Of a stretch of DNA of 64,000 bases, positions 27,226 through 37,477 are shown in pieces. Within the stretch, counting starts at the first letter, position 1; each line of letters starts with the position of its first letter. The notes beneath the pieces are model-generated. The model did no database searches and was not told where the DNA came from. It saw nothing but the letters and a program-made list of their open reading frames with translations. Origin of the DNA: an uncultured Candidatus Saccharibacteria bacterium (GTDB lineage: Bacteria > Patescibacteriota > Minisyncoccia > Phycocordibacterales > UBA3531); the NCBI GenBank assembly GCA_964361405.1, contig CAYIAA010000003.1, positions 4,146 to 68,145 on the forward strand, read 5' to 3'. The position numbers and the translations under genes were made by a program.

Positions 27226-28645
27226 AAATGATTCGAAAAATTTCCACGCCGCAACGGCGGCGCAAAAAACCGAAGTCTCGGGATTGGATAGTGCGTCCGT
27301 AAAACCTCTTCGAACACTGGTGGGGGATATCTCCTCTATCATCAAAGACCAGCACCTCTCGAACTCGGCACTAAATATTCTCGACAAAAAACTCCGCGAG
27401 GAAATCGAGACCTATGAACGATCCGGCGGAGATAGACGTATTGCGGAAATCCTGAAAACCACCTCCCTTGAGAATGTAGTCACTAAGCCCGAGCCGCGGA
27501 CGTTTACACACATTCCACACCTTGAAAACCGGAGCCCTATAGCGAGCGGGGTGGAAGAAAAAATAAATGATATACCACCGCCCTCCTATACCACTCCCAC
27601 TCCGCCAAAAACCAGAGTTCCCTATGTACCAACTCAAACACCACCACACGAGACACATAGAGAACTGCTCCCTACGCCGAAAGAAGAAGACAGCGAGGAA
27701 GCCGCTCGAATGATTCTCGAAAAACATCGCGAGACTGAAGCCTTACACGCGAGTGAAGTCGCGTCCCAAAAAGAAGCAAGGAAGCGGAAAGAGCGGGAGC
27801 TTACCGACGAGGAAGAAAAACTTCGAGGGGAGACGCGTCTCCTTGAGGAAGCAATTGCCGTGATTCCTCAAATGCGCACCCGCGACGAAGAGGCAATGCG
27901 AAAGCCCTCGGCCCTACGTGAAGAACTCATACAGCGCCTCGCGAGCATACATGAAGAGGAAAAGCGAGCTGAAACCGAAGAGCTGCATTATGAGGAGATA
28001 GAATCAAGAAGCACGAGACCGGAAGAGAGACAGAAAGCAGAAATCAACCGCGCTCGCGCCGGAGACTTACGGGAAGCCGCCGAACGAAAGCGTTTTGAAA
28101 TCGATGAGAAAATAGCCCAAATTGGAAACGAGCTCGATACCAAAACCAAAGCACTTGCGGCACTTGAAGAAAATGAAAAAAAATTAAGAGGGGAACTTGC
28201 GGGTATCGCCGCACGACGTACCACCATACAAAAAGAACGAGCGTGGTTCGGGCTCCGCGAACGCATTGCCGAGATAGCAAAACTCAAGGAGTCAATTGAA
28301 ATGAATTGGATCGTTCTGAATGAAAAGAAAAAAGAGGTCGAGAAATCGCTCGCCCCAGTGCTCTCCCATGAGCGGGAGCTTGAAGAAAAAAAACACAATC
28401 TTGAAACGAAAGAAGCGAGTGCATCTGGGCCCGCGGCTCGCCACCAAATTGAGAGCGAGCGCTGGGAAATTGAACGAGAACGCAGAAAAGTTGAAGAGGA
28501 ACGTTGGAAATTGGAGAGAGAAATCGAAACCACCAAACGCCCCATGAGAGAGCTCGGTGCGAAATATCAAAAACTCCTCGAGGAGGAAGAACGTATCACG
28601 GAAGAACTCCGTACTACGCCCGGAGAGGGAGAGTACACTAAATAA
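27164..28645 (+). CDS. Hypothetical highly charged coiled-coil protein (493 aa)
   Basis: Overlaps the pnp 3' end by about 60 nt; Pro/Thr-rich linker, then about 300 aa of E/K/R heptad coiled coil; no TM segment. Confidence 0.5.
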   Translation: MGDMKEVKKDTGGTENEGGIRNDSKNFHAATAAQKTEVSGLDSASVKPLRTLVGDISSIIKDQHLSNSALNILDKKLREEIETYERSGGDRRIAEILKTTSLENVVTKPEPRTFTHIPHLENRSPIASGVEEKINDIPPPSYTTPTPPKTRVPYVPTQTPPHETHRELLPTPKEEDSEEAARMILEKHRETEALHASEVASQKEARKRKERELTDEEEKLRGETRLLEEAIAVIPQMRTRDEEAMRKPSALREELIQRLASIHEEEKRAETEELHYEEIESRSTRPEERQKAEINRARAGDLREAAERKRFEIDEKIAQIGNELDTKTKALAALEENEKKLRGELAGIAARRTTIQKERAWFGLRERIAEIAKLKESIEMNWIVLNEKKKEVEKSLAPVLSHERELEEKKHNLETKEASASGPAARHQIESERWEIERERRKVEEERWKLEREIETTKRPMRELGAKYQKLLEEEERITEELRTTPGEGEYTK

Positions 28646-28656
28646 GCTAATAAACT

Positions 28657-30030
28657 ATGGGCGCCGAGACAAACCCACCTTCCATGTCGCCTGATGAACT
28701 TGAGCGATTACGTCGCGAGGCTCGTCGGGCCCTCGAGGATACCCCAATCGTGGGCAGTCCCGCCACCGAAAAACCCTCTAATTTCCCCACTACACCTACA
28801 CAGAGTCGAGATACGGCCCGTCTTCCAATCTCTTTACTCAAAGAAGAAAAAGAAAAATTGGAAGCGCATCGAAGCGAGGCGAGAACGGCTCTGACACAAA
28901 AAGATACACCCCATCCTCCACCACACATTCATTCAGTACGGACTGAAGCTCCTATCGAAAAACCACAAAATCCACCTTTCCTCGAAACTCAAATGTGGGC
29001 GGCGGGAAAAACGCCTAACGATATACGGGCACATTTACTTGAAGAAGAAGCGCGGACGCGCGCTCGATTGGGAGGAGAGAGAATACCAAAGGAACCCGTA
29101 GTCAAAGAAGAGAGACTTGTCCCCCCTATTGTTCCAATAAAACCCTCTCTATATGCGCCACCAGAGCCAAAGAGAACAGGTGGACGAGAAGCCATAAAAA
29201 CCATGCGCGACGATGTGGCGCGCGCCGTAGAAACACAAAAACTCTCACTCTCACAAATCGTTCTCCTTGAACGGCAAAAACGGGCACGCGAAGAAAGAGA
29301 GACCGAGTTTTCCGAGCGGGGATGGAGCCAGAAAGTTTTAATCAGCACAAGTATTGTCCTCGTTCTTGCGGCAACCGGAATAATTTTCTATGTCGCCTTC
29401 ATTGGTTCTCCCCGTATCAGCGACACTACACTCCCAGGGAAGGTCTCTCGAGAATCGATCGTGCATGCCGATTCGGAACGTGCGCTCGATATAGGAAGTC
29501 TCACCGGGGCGGACATACTCTCTCAAATGAGAGGGGTCGTTCTCGACACGGCAGTTGCCCCCGGAAAAGTTACCAGCGTCATTCTCACCGACGGGAGAGA
29601 GAAAGCTCTGATGGAATTCCGTGCGGCGGATTTTATCTCCACCATCCCTCTCGCGGCGCCGAGTGGATTTGGAAAATCCCTTGATACTCCTCTTATGTTC
29701 GGTATCTATAGTTCAGGTGATGCAAATCACGGTTTCCTTATTTTCAAATCTCGGTCTTATGAGACAACATTTAACGCCCTACTCTCGTGGGAACCAAAAA
29801 TGGCAGAACTCCTCTTTCCGCTCGGCGCTGACATAGATAGGGGGAGTGAAGGAACCTGGCAAGACGTTGTCATAAAAACGATTTCATCACGCGCCTTAAT
29901 TTCTCGGAGCGGTCGCATCAATCTCGTATATGCATTCTTGGATAAACGCACCCTCCTTATAACAACGGATAAAGACACCTTCGCTCTCATAGTGGAGAGA
30001 TATACAACTCCGAAAGACGTCATTCGCTAA
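28657..30030 (+). CDS. Hypothetical bitopic membrane protein (cytoplasmic coiled-coil/Pro-rich N-domain, one TM segment, about 210-aa external domain)
   Basis: TM segment VLISTSIVLVLAATGIIFYVAFIG at about aa 225-248. Confidence 0.55.
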   Translation: MGAETNPPSMSPDELERLRREARRALEDTPIVGSPATEKPSNFPTTPTQSRDTARLPISLLKEEKEKLEAHRSEARTALTQKDTPHPPPHIHSVRTEAPIEKPQNPPFLETQMWAAGKTPNDIRAHLLEEEARTRARLGGERIPKEPVVKEERLVPPIVPIKPSLYAPPEPKRTGGREAIKTMRDDVARAVETQKLSLSQIVLLERQKRAREERETEFSERGWSQKVLISTSIVLVLAATGIIFYVAFIGSPRISDTTLPGKVSRESIVHADSERALDIGSLTGADILSQMRGVVLDTAVAPGKVTSVILTDGREKALMEFRAADFISTIPLAAPSGFGKSLDTPLMFGIYSSGDANHGFLIFKSRSYETTFNALLSWEPKMAELLFPLGADIDRGSEGTWQDVVIKTISSRALISRSGRINLVYAFLDKRTLLITTDKDTFALIVERYTTPKDVIR

Positions 30031-30062
30031 AGGAATCGCGTGATGCAGGGTAGTACTCTCTC

Positions 30063-30431
30063 GTGTATAGTAAGAGGATGATTGATACGGAACAATTAAA
30101 GCGGCGCCTCATTGAAGAAGAGGTGACACTCGTGAAAAGTCTCGGGAAAATTACGCGGGCGAATCCCGATAACCCCGATGACCTCATTGTCCTCCCACCG
30201 GAACCTGACCCCGTCCCAGCTGACCAAAATGACCTCGCGGACCGCAATGAGGATTTCGGCGAACGGAGATCCACTGAATTGACACTTGAAAATCGGCTCA
30301 ATGAGGTGAGGCTTGCACTTTCAAAAATTGAATCCGGAACGTATGGCGTGTGCAAGACATGCGGGAAATTGATTGAATCGGAGCGTCTCGAAGCAAATCC
30401 GGCGGCAGAGACGTGCGTAGAACACCGGTAG
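30063..30431 (+). CDS. DksA/TraR-family C4-type zinc-finger protein
   Basis: C-terminal CKTCGKLIESERLEANPAAETCVEH; coiled-coil N-terminal region; the start may be MIDTEQL (about 30078). Confidence 0.65.
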   Translation: MYSKRMIDTEQLKRRLIEEEVTLVKSLGKITRANPDNPDDLIVLPPEPDPVPADQNDLADRNEDFGERRSTELTLENRLNEVRLALSKIESGTYGVCKTCGKLIESERLEANPAAETCVEHR

Positions 30432-30485
30432 CACGTCCATAACGTACTCTGGTGGAAAGAAACCAGAGAAATATTCGAGTTCATT

Positions 30486-32063
30486 ATGCTTGCAAAGGTT
30501 CATTCTGCGCAAATCGTCGGACTTGAGACATGTCCGGTTGATGTTGAAGTTGACGTGGGAAGAGGACTCCATTCTTTTTCCATTGTCGGACTTCCAGATA
30601 AAGCAGTTGAAGAAGCCAAAGACAGAATTAATGCGGCGATTAAAAACTCTGGCTTCGTTCCTCCGCAGAAAGGTAATAAAAAAATCACGGTTTCGCTTGC
30701 TCCAGCTGATGTAAAAAAAGAAGGTCCCATCTTTGATCTTGCAATCGCGCTCGCAAACCTCGCCGCAACAAACGAAATTTCATTTAACTCGCGCGGACGG
30801 CTCTTCCTCGGAGAACTTTCACTCTCAGGAGAACTCCGAGGTGTTCGCGGCGTGCTCTCCATTGTTGAACATGCAGCCCGCAGTGGATTCGAAGAAGTAT
30901 TCCTCCCGGAAACAAACGCCCGCGAGGCTGCTCTCGTTCGGGGTATTAAAATCTTCCCCGCAAAAAATCTTCGCATGATTGTTGCTCATCTCTCGGATCG
31001 AAAGATTGAAGGGTTGCCGGGGACCATGCTCGTCGAGCAACCCCCGACAGAAATTAGTGTTCCGCCCGAGGTACTAGAAAGCATCAATTTTTCAGACATC
31101 AGAGGACAAGAATCGGCGAAACGCGCCATCGAAATCGCGGCGGCCGGAGCACATCACATCGCGATGTCTGGCCCTCCGGGAACCGGGAAAACTATGCTCG
31201 CAAAAAGTCTCCCGGGGATACTTCCGCCGCTTTCATTCTCGGAAACAATTGAGGTGACGAGTATACACTCCGCAGCCGGAATATCCGAGGGAGGAATCAT
31301 TACGTTGCCACCTTTCAGATCCCCTCACCATACTGCATCATATGTCTCAATAGTCGGTGGCGGTTCGTGGCCTAAGCCCGGAGAAGTTACACTTGCGCAT
31401 CGGGGAATTCTCTTTCTCGATGAATTTCCAGAATTTGATCGCCGTGTAATCGAGAGCTTGAGACAACCGCTTGAAGAGTACGCTATAACCATTGCACGCG
31501 CCTGGGGCTCGCATCGCTTTCCCGCGCGCGTCATACTCGTCGCCGCGATGAACCTTTGCCCGTGCGGGGCAACTGGGCTCGAGAAAAAAGAGTGTGTGTG
31601 CTCGCCCGGAGCGCTGATGCGTTATCAGCGAAAAATTTCCGGGCCAATCAGCGATCGAATTGACCTCTGGGTTTCTGTGCCCGAGGTGAAATACGACAAA
31701 CTTTCGGATGAAACATCGCTCGAATCGTCGAAGAAAGTGCGAGAACGGGTGGTGCGCGCCCGAGACATTCAGCGCGCGAGATTCCGCACCAAAAATTTAG
31801 GCAAATCTCATGGGAAGCACACAAGCCTCTCTCGAACAAACGCCGACATGGGTGTTCGGGAACTGAAAATCCACGCCACTCTCGGAGATGATCTCCGTTT
31901 GCTTCTCAATACTTCGGCAGAGAGACTTGGCTTCTCTGCCCGCGTCTATCACAAAATCATTAAGGTCGCACGAACCATTGCCGATCTCGACGGGAAAACT
32001 CATATCGGGAAAAATCATCTTCTCGAAGCGCTTCAGTATCGGCCACGGCAGGGACTGTGGTAG
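30486..32063 (+). CDS. comM: YifB/ComM-family Mg-chelatase-like AAA+ ATPase
   Basis: N-terminal Lon-like domain, AAA+ core SGPPGTGKTMLAKSLPGILPPL, C-terminal ChlI-type domain. Confidence 0.9.
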   Translation: MLAKVHSAQIVGLETCPVDVEVDVGRGLHSFSIVGLPDKAVEEAKDRINAAIKNSGFVPPQKGNKKITVSLAPADVKKEGPIFDLAIALANLAATNEISFNSRGRLFLGELSLSGELRGVRGVLSIVEHAARSGFEEVFLPETNAREAALVRGIKIFPAKNLRMIVAHLSDRKIEGLPGTMLVEQPPTEISVPPEVLESINFSDIRGQESAKRAIEIAAAGAHHIAMSGPPGTGKTMLAKSLPGILPPLSFSETIEVTSIHSAAGISEGGIITLPPFRSPHHTASYVSIVGGGSWPKPGEVTLAHRGILFLDEFPEFDRRVIESLRQPLEEYAITIARAWGSHRFPARVILVAAMNLCPCGATGLEKKECVCSPGALMRYQRKISGPISDRIDLWVSVPEVKYDKLSDETSLESSKKVRERVVRARDIQRARFRTKNLGKSHGKHTSLSRTNADMGVRELKIHATLGDDLRLLLNTSAERLGFSARVYHKIIKVARTIADLDGKTHIGKNHLLEALQYRPRQGLW

Positions 32064-32076
32064 CTCTCTACGAAAT

Positions 32077-32105
32077 AACCCCGCCAGGGCGGGGTTATTT
32101 TCTTT
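32077..32105. terminator. Bidirectional Rho-independent terminator between comM(+) and the M23 peptidase gene(-)
   Basis: aaccccg-ccaggg-cggggtt with T-tracts on both sides. Confidence 0.6.
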
Positions 32106-32131
32106 ACTTGAAATACTGCTCAGACGCACAT

Positions 32132-33100
32132 TTAAAAAGGATTCACCGCTCCACGCACTTCAAAATGGACATGCGGCCCGGTGACACGGCCAGTCGCACC
32201 GATATAGCCGATAACCTGTCCTTGTACCACGCGCTGTCCCGGAGTCACAATGTTTGAGGTGTTGTGCGCATAAAGTGTCTGTGTACCGTTGTCGTGTGCA
32301 ATCACAATGTAGTTTCCATAACCGCCATTCCATCCGCTTCGTGAAATAATAACTTCTCCGGTTGCAGATGCGAGGATCGGAGTCCCAATCGGGGCGGCAA
32401 GGTCAACCGCATTATATCCATGAATTCCTTGACTCTTCGTTCCTCCAGTTACAGGGCGCAGATAGTAGTCGAGAAGAAGTGGTCCGCTTGTGCCGCGCAC
32501 GATTGAAGTCCCTGGATTAGCATAGGTCGGCGTCGCAATCGTACCCTTAGGGACAATAATTTCATCCCCGACTATGAGTAAAGCGCCGTCCGAAAGACCG
32601 TTATAATCAAAAATTTCATGGGCGTCGGCTCCATATTTTGCTGCAATACTCTTTATGGTGTCTCCCTTCCCGACTGTATGCCGTATGCCGCTCACCGGGA
32701 GAACAACGAGCGTCTGGCCTTCATGGATGACATTCCCTCGTTTTATGTCATTTGCCCACACAATGGTATTCACCGACACCCCAAACATATTCGCAATCTG
32801 CGAAAGTGAGTCACCCTCTCGTACTACATAGACACTAATCTGGTCGGATCTCGGAATTACCGAGTCAATATCGGCAAGAGTGCCAAGGGGACCGGATTCT
32901 GGCATGAGAGCTCGTCCTTCAACAATCGTGATGTCTCCGCCTCCTTTCGAGGGATTTGGATCGTGGTTCACTGCCGCCTGGAGAAGCAACATGTTCTGGG
33001 ACGTTGGCACACGGTCGAGACTTTCTTCACCACCCCCAAAAATACCACCCAGGAAAGAACGTAGTCCTGCGTGAGCAAGGGTTCCTTGTGAGAAGAGCAT
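32132..33100 (-). CDS. Secreted LysM-domain M23 metallopeptidase
   Basis: Two LysM repeats (YVVREGDSLSQIANMFGVSVNTIVWANDI; HTVGKGDTIKSIAAKYG); M23 motifs HxxxD (GIHGYNAVDLAAP) and HxH (GPHVHFEV). The N-terminus probably extends upstream of 33100 (see findings). Confidence 0.85.
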   Translation of the reverse strand: MLFSQGTLAHAGLRSFLGGIFGGGEESLDRVPTSQNMLLLQAAVNHDPNPSKGGGDITIVEGRALMPESGPLGTLADIDSVIPRSDQISVYVVREGDSLSQIANMFGVSVNTIVWANDIKRGNVIHEGQTLVVLPVSGIRHTVGKGDTIKSIAAKYGADAHEIFDYNGLSDGALLIVGDEIIVPKGTIATPTYANPGTSIVRGTSGPLLLDYYLRPVTGGTKSQGIHGYNAVDLAAPIGTPILASATGEVIISRSGWNGGYGNYIVIAHDNGTQTLYAHNTSNIVTPGQRVVQGQVIGYIGATGRVTGPHVHFEVRGAVNPF

Positions 33101-33386
33101 TAGAGCTAAAAAGCCCGAAAATACGAGCTTTTTTGAAAGCTTTCTGCGAAATCCCTTTTCTCTAGTTCTTAAGGCACTACAAAAGCCCGAAGGAGTATGT
33201 GTTGAAGGTAAAATAGGCCCAAAATTAACGGTTAATCAGAGGGTACAGTCAAAAAACCTTTATTTGAAGCCATAAAACAAAAAATGACCGTAGCTGGTCA
33301 TCCATAATTTTATCCGACCCATGCCGACAAAGCAACCCGGAGTGGTAAAGCTGTGGATAGGAATTTTTGAGTGATATAGTGGGACG

Positions 33387-35312
33387 GTGGATTATTTTTC
33401 CGAGCTAAACGAACGCCAACGAGAGGCGGTTACCCACAAAGATGGCCCTATTCTCATTATTGCCGGGGCTGGAGCTGGAAAGACAAAAACTCTTACGTGC
33501 CGTATCCACCACCTTGTCCAAGGTGGTGTTCCTCCAGAGAAAATCCTTGCGGTCACCTTCACCAATAAAGCGGCCAGGGAAATGAGAGAACGGCTCGATG
33601 TCATCCTCGGACACTTGGATGAAGTTGGTGGCCGAAGGGGTCTTCGAGCGCCCTTCATAGGAACCTTTCATGCACTCGGCGCGCACATACTGCGCTCCCA
33701 CGCCGCCCGCGCCAATCTCCACCCGCACTTTTCCATTGCCGACAGGGACGACTCCCTCTCTGCCATAAAAGATGCGATGAAACTCTCCAGCATTGACCCG
33801 AAACGTTTTGAGCCGCGCAAAATCCTCTCCGCGATATCGCGGCAAAAGGGCAATTTGATTTCGCTTGAGTCTTACGCGGCGGACTCGAGCGATTTTCTCT
33901 CAAAAATAATCGCGACCGTATGGGGACACTATGACGAGCTCCTTAAGAGAGGGCGCTCCCTCGACTTCGACGATCTCCTAGTGCGGCCCGTCAACCTCCT
34001 CACAAAAGACCAGAAAATACTCGAAAACCTCCAGAATGAATGGTTATACATTCACGTTGACGAATACCAAGATACAAATGCCGCACAGTATGAATTGACA
34101 TCCCTTTTAAGCGGTGCGCGAAAAAATCTTTGCGTAGTGGGAGACAGTGATCAATCAATTTATAGTTGGCGAGGAGCTGACTTTGGAAATATGCTCAATT
34201 TCGAGCGGGACTACCCGGGCGCCGCCGTGGTAACTCTCGAAGAAAACTATCGATCAACGCAGACCATTTTGAGGGCCGCAAATAATGTCATCTCACGAAA
34301 CGTCATGCGGAAAGAAAAAAATCTGTTCACCAAGAACAAGGTGGGGGAAGTCATCAACCTCTATGTCGCGCTCGACGAAACCGATGAAGCAACCTTCGTT
34401 GCCGCTTCTGCTCTACGTCTCATCAAAAATGAGGGTGTAGACCCGGGTGAAATCGCTGTTCTTTACCGCGCAAATTTCCAATCACGTGCACTTGAAGAAG
34501 CCTTTCTCGCCGAGGAAATTCCTTACCAAGTCCTTGGTGTGCGCTTCTTTGAACGGAAGGAAATCAAAGATATTCTTTCCTACATTAAGGGAGCGACAAA
34601 TCCAAGCGATTTTGTCAGCGTTGCCCGAGCGCTCTCTGTACCGAAGCGCGGACTCGGGAAAATCGCGCTCGCTAAAATAATCGCGGGGCAAACCTCTCAA
34701 CTTCCGCTCCGCCAGCGCGAGAGTGTTACTGTATTTTTGAAACTCCTTGACGACATCCGCACTTCACTCGAAACACTGCCAACTTCAAAAGTCATTAAAA
34801 TGATTCTTGAGCGCTCGGGTATTCTCTCTGGGCTTAAGAGCGGCTCATCAGATGAAAAAGAACGCGCAGAAAACATAGAAGAGCTTGTAACTCTGGGAAC
34901 ACACTACGACTCCCATAACCCACCAGATGGAACGATGAAATTGATCGAGGAATCCATGCTCTCAAGTGGCGACGAGGACGGAGCTGAAAAACCAGAAAGT
35001 GGCGTGAAATTGATGACAGCTCATGCGTCAAAAGGTCTCGAGTTCTCGCATGTATTCGTCACCGGCCTCGAGGAAGGACTCTTCCCGCACGGAGGTCTTG
35101 ATAATGAAGGAGACCCAGAAGAAGAGCGGCGGCTTTTCTATGTCGCTCTCACACGCGCTAAAGAAAAACTTTCTCTTTCGTATGCCATGTCACGGACAAT
35201 CTACGGGTCGAGACGCATCAACATCCCGTCCGAATTTATTTCGGATATCGATCCGTCACTTATCGCAATGGAAGAAGGCGGCGAACGTATACTTGATCTC
35301 GAAAAACTCTAA
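33387..35312 (+). CDS. UvrD/PcrA-family ATP-dependent DNA helicase (short, 641 aa)
   Basis: GTG start; Walker A AGAGAGKTKTL; UvrD helicase motifs. Confidence 0.85.
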   Translation: MDYFSELNERQREAVTHKDGPILIIAGAGAGKTKTLTCRIHHLVQGGVPPEKILAVTFTNKAAREMRERLDVILGHLDEVGGRRGLRAPFIGTFHALGAHILRSHAARANLHPHFSIADRDDSLSAIKDAMKLSSIDPKRFEPRKILSAISRQKGNLISLESYAADSSDFLSKIIATVWGHYDELLKRGRSLDFDDLLVRPVNLLTKDQKILENLQNEWLYIHVDEYQDTNAAQYELTSLLSGARKNLCVVGDSDQSIYSWRGADFGNMLNFERDYPGAAVVTLEENYRSTQTILRAANNVISRNVMRKEKNLFTKNKVGEVINLYVALDETDEATFVAASALRLIKNEGVDPGEIAVLYRANFQSRALEEAFLAEEIPYQVLGVRFFERKEIKDILSYIKGATNPSDFVSVARALSVPKRGLGKIALAKIIAGQTSQLPLRQRESVTVFLKLLDDIRTSLETLPTSKVIKMILERSGILSGLKSGSSDEKERAENIEELVTLGTHYDSHNPPDGTMKLIEESMLSSGDEDGAEKPESGVKLMTAHASKGLEFSHVFVTGLEEGLFPHGGLDNEGDPEEERRLFYVALTRAKEKLSLSYAMSRTIYGSRRINIPSEFISDIDPSLIAMEEGGERILDLEKL

Positions 35313-36103
35313 TGCGGGCAAAACGTTCACTCGGACAGAATTTCCTTATAAACGAGCGCCTTGCGAATAGCATGGTCTCTCTGCTCGACATAAAACACAG
35401 AGGAAAGGGGAAAATAGTGCTTGAAGTGGGGCCGGGTAAGGGTATATTGACACGTGCACTCCTGAAAGAAGGAGCTCGCGTCGTTGCCTTTGAAAAAGAT
35501 GCCGCGCTCACAAAGGCCCTTACCGAAGAGTTCTTAAGTGACGTGAGGAGCGGAATGCTTACCCTCATTAACGATGATATCTTTAAGATACCTCTCTATA
35601 AGAACCACACCGTAGGAAAGCTATTGTCAGGTCCATACGTCATTCTCGCAAATATCCCTTACAACATTACGGGCGCATTCATTAAGTTTATGTTCTCACT
35701 CTCGCCACAACCTCTCTCGGCAATCCTGATGCTTCAGCGTGAAGTAGGGGAACGCATCGCGCGAGATCCGAAGGGAAGTATTCTCTCGATAAGTGTCAGG
35801 GTCTACGGTACGCCACAGTACTTGAAGAGCGTTTCTCGAGGAAACTTCGTACCGAAACCCCGTGTAGATTCGGCGGTAATCAGTATCGACGGAATTTCGC
35901 GACGCTTCTTCCATTCAATTAACGAGAAAAAGTTTTTTGATCTTGTCCGAAAAGGATTTGCGCATAAGAGAAAAAAACTTTCAAGAAATCTCGGTGTCGA
36001 AGAAACGCTTCTCTCTTCGTGCGGACTCTCCGCTCTCGCCCGGGCGGAAGACCTCTCACCGGGTGCATGGGCATGCGTGTACAAAAAAATCAACGAACAA
36101 TGA
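35312..36103 (+). CDS. rsmA: 16S rRNA (adenine1518/1519-N6)-dimethyltransferase
   Basis: LGQNFLINERLANSMV... typical of KsgA/RsmA; TAATG overlap with the helicase stop. Confidence 0.9.
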   Translation: MRAKRSLGQNFLINERLANSMVSLLDIKHRGKGKIVLEVGPGKGILTRALLKEGARVVAFEKDAALTKALTEEFLSDVRSGMLTLINDDIFKIPLYKNHTVGKLLSGPYVILANIPYNITGAFIKFMFSLSPQPLSAILMLQREVGERIARDPKGSILSISVRVYGTPQYLKSVSRGNFVPKPRVDSAVISIDGISRRFFHSINEKKFFDLVRKGFAHKRKKLSRNLGVEETLLSSCGLSALARAEDLSPGAWACVYKKINEQ

Positions 36104-36603
36104 ATACGAAGCGTGTACTTATTTCTACTTTTATACTCCTCGGGTTCGTCTTCATTATTCTCGACTCAAATCCCGCCTATCGGCAGACAGGACCGATTAG
36201 TCCGATTGAAGAGAACCCTGAAAACACAGGAGATACGGTTGAGCAAAAAATACTCTCAATCGGCGAGACAAGTATTCAGATTGAAATTGCAGACGAGCCC
36301 GCCGAGCTATCCCGGGGCCTCTCGGGGCGAGAAAGTCTCGGAGAGGACGAAGGACTTCTTTTTATTTTTGACAAGCCGGGAATCTATCCGTTCTGGATGA
36401 AAGAAATGCATTTTCCGATTGATATCATCTGGATTGGGGAAGATATGCGCGTAGTGGATATCACCCGAAGCGCAACGCCAGAGTCATATCCGAAAACGTT
36501 TAGCCCAAGCACACCGGTTCCCTATGTGCTCGAAGTAAATGCGAACTTTTCCGATCGAGAAAATATTAAGCCCGGTGACGAGGTTATTTTTTCTAGTACG
36601 TAG
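36100..36603 (+). CDS. DUF192 (COG1430) domain protein with N-terminal TM anchor
   Basis: EIADEPAELSRGLSGRESLGEDEGLLFIFDKPGIYPFWMKEMHFPIDIIWI; true start MNTKRV at about 36100, an ATGA overlap with rsmA. Confidence 0.7.
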   Translation: MNTKRVLISTFILLGFVFIILDSNPAYRQTGPISPIEENPENTGDTVEQKILSIGETSIQIEIADEPAELSRGLSGRESLGEDEGLLFIFDKPGIYPFWMKEMHFPIDIIWIGEDMRVVDITRSATPESYPKTFSPSTPVPYVLEVNANFSDRENIKPGDEVIFSST

Positions 36604-36694
36604 CGTATAGTGTTAACAACTACATAGTAATGGCTCTTCTCTATTGATAGACTGTAGACGAGCGACAGAAACGAATCTTCTAAGAAAGCTCTCC

Positions 36695-37462
36695 ATGATT
36701 AAAGTATTTCTGCCTTTTATTTCAATTATATTTTTATTTTTTCCTTTTTTCTCGGTAGAAGCACAGGTTTCTCAACCATCTCTCGTACAATATACTTTTA
36801 CGCATAACCTGCGTTTTGGGGACAAGGGTATTGGGGTAAAAAACCTTCAGCGGTCTCTTAATTTATTTCCAACATCACTTGTTGCGGTTTCCGGTCCAGG
36901 ATCTCCGGGAAATGAAACGGAGTTTTTTGGAAACCTCACGCTTCAAGCGGTCATCAGATTTCAAGAATTATATCGTAACGATATTCTTTTTCCGATTGGA
37001 CTCACAAAAGGGACTGGTTTCTTTGGCCCGCTCACCCGAACAAAATTAAATGCCCTGTTGATTGCCGAAGGCAAAATGAACAGTGGAAATACTCCCGGCG
37101 CACCACGGCTCGTGAGTATATATCCGATTTCCGGAGCTGAAGGAACAAAGGTAACCATTACCGGTACGGGGTTCTCGGAAACGAACAATACCGTTCTTTC
37201 GGGAACTGCAACGTACAAAAATACTCCTTCGGCTAACGGCGTTATTGAAGTTACCGTTACTTCATCTATCCCAGACGCGGTAAAAAAGTATTATCTCCCT
37301 ATTGACCTTAAGTTCATGGTAAGAACAGGTGATATACTAAGCAATGAACTGACTTTTACCTTAGTTGGAGGGAGTGATACTATTTCAGACGAAGTCAAAA
37401 ACCAATATAAAAATAAAACACTCGAATTACTAAACTTGCCTGACGGTTTTCGCAATTTTTAA
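36695..37462 (+). CDS. Secreted protein with peptidoglycan-binding (PG_binding_1-like) and IPT/TIG-like domains
   Basis: Signal peptide MIKVFLPFISIIFLFFPFFSVEA; LRFGDKGIGVKNLQRSLN...FQELY; TIG-like LVSIYPISGAEGTKVTITGTGF. Confidence 0.55.
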   Translation: MIKVFLPFISIIFLFFPFFSVEAQVSQPSLVQYTFTHNLRFGDKGIGVKNLQRSLNLFPTSLVAVSGPGSPGNETEFFGNLTLQAVIRFQELYRNDILFPIGLTKGTGFFGPLTRTKLNALLIAEGKMNSGNTPGAPRLVSIYPISGAEGTKVTITGTGFSETNNTVLSGTATYKNTPSANGVIEVTVTSSIPDAVKKYYLPIDLKFMVRTGDILSNELTFTLVGGSDTISDEVKNQYKNKTLELLNLPDGFRNF

Positions 37463-37477
37463 TATAATGCACACTGT

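Noticed and set aside
27988-28545. 185-aa minus-strand ORF inside the coiled-coil gene
   Set aside because: Antisense low-complexity (S/R/F-rich) frame.
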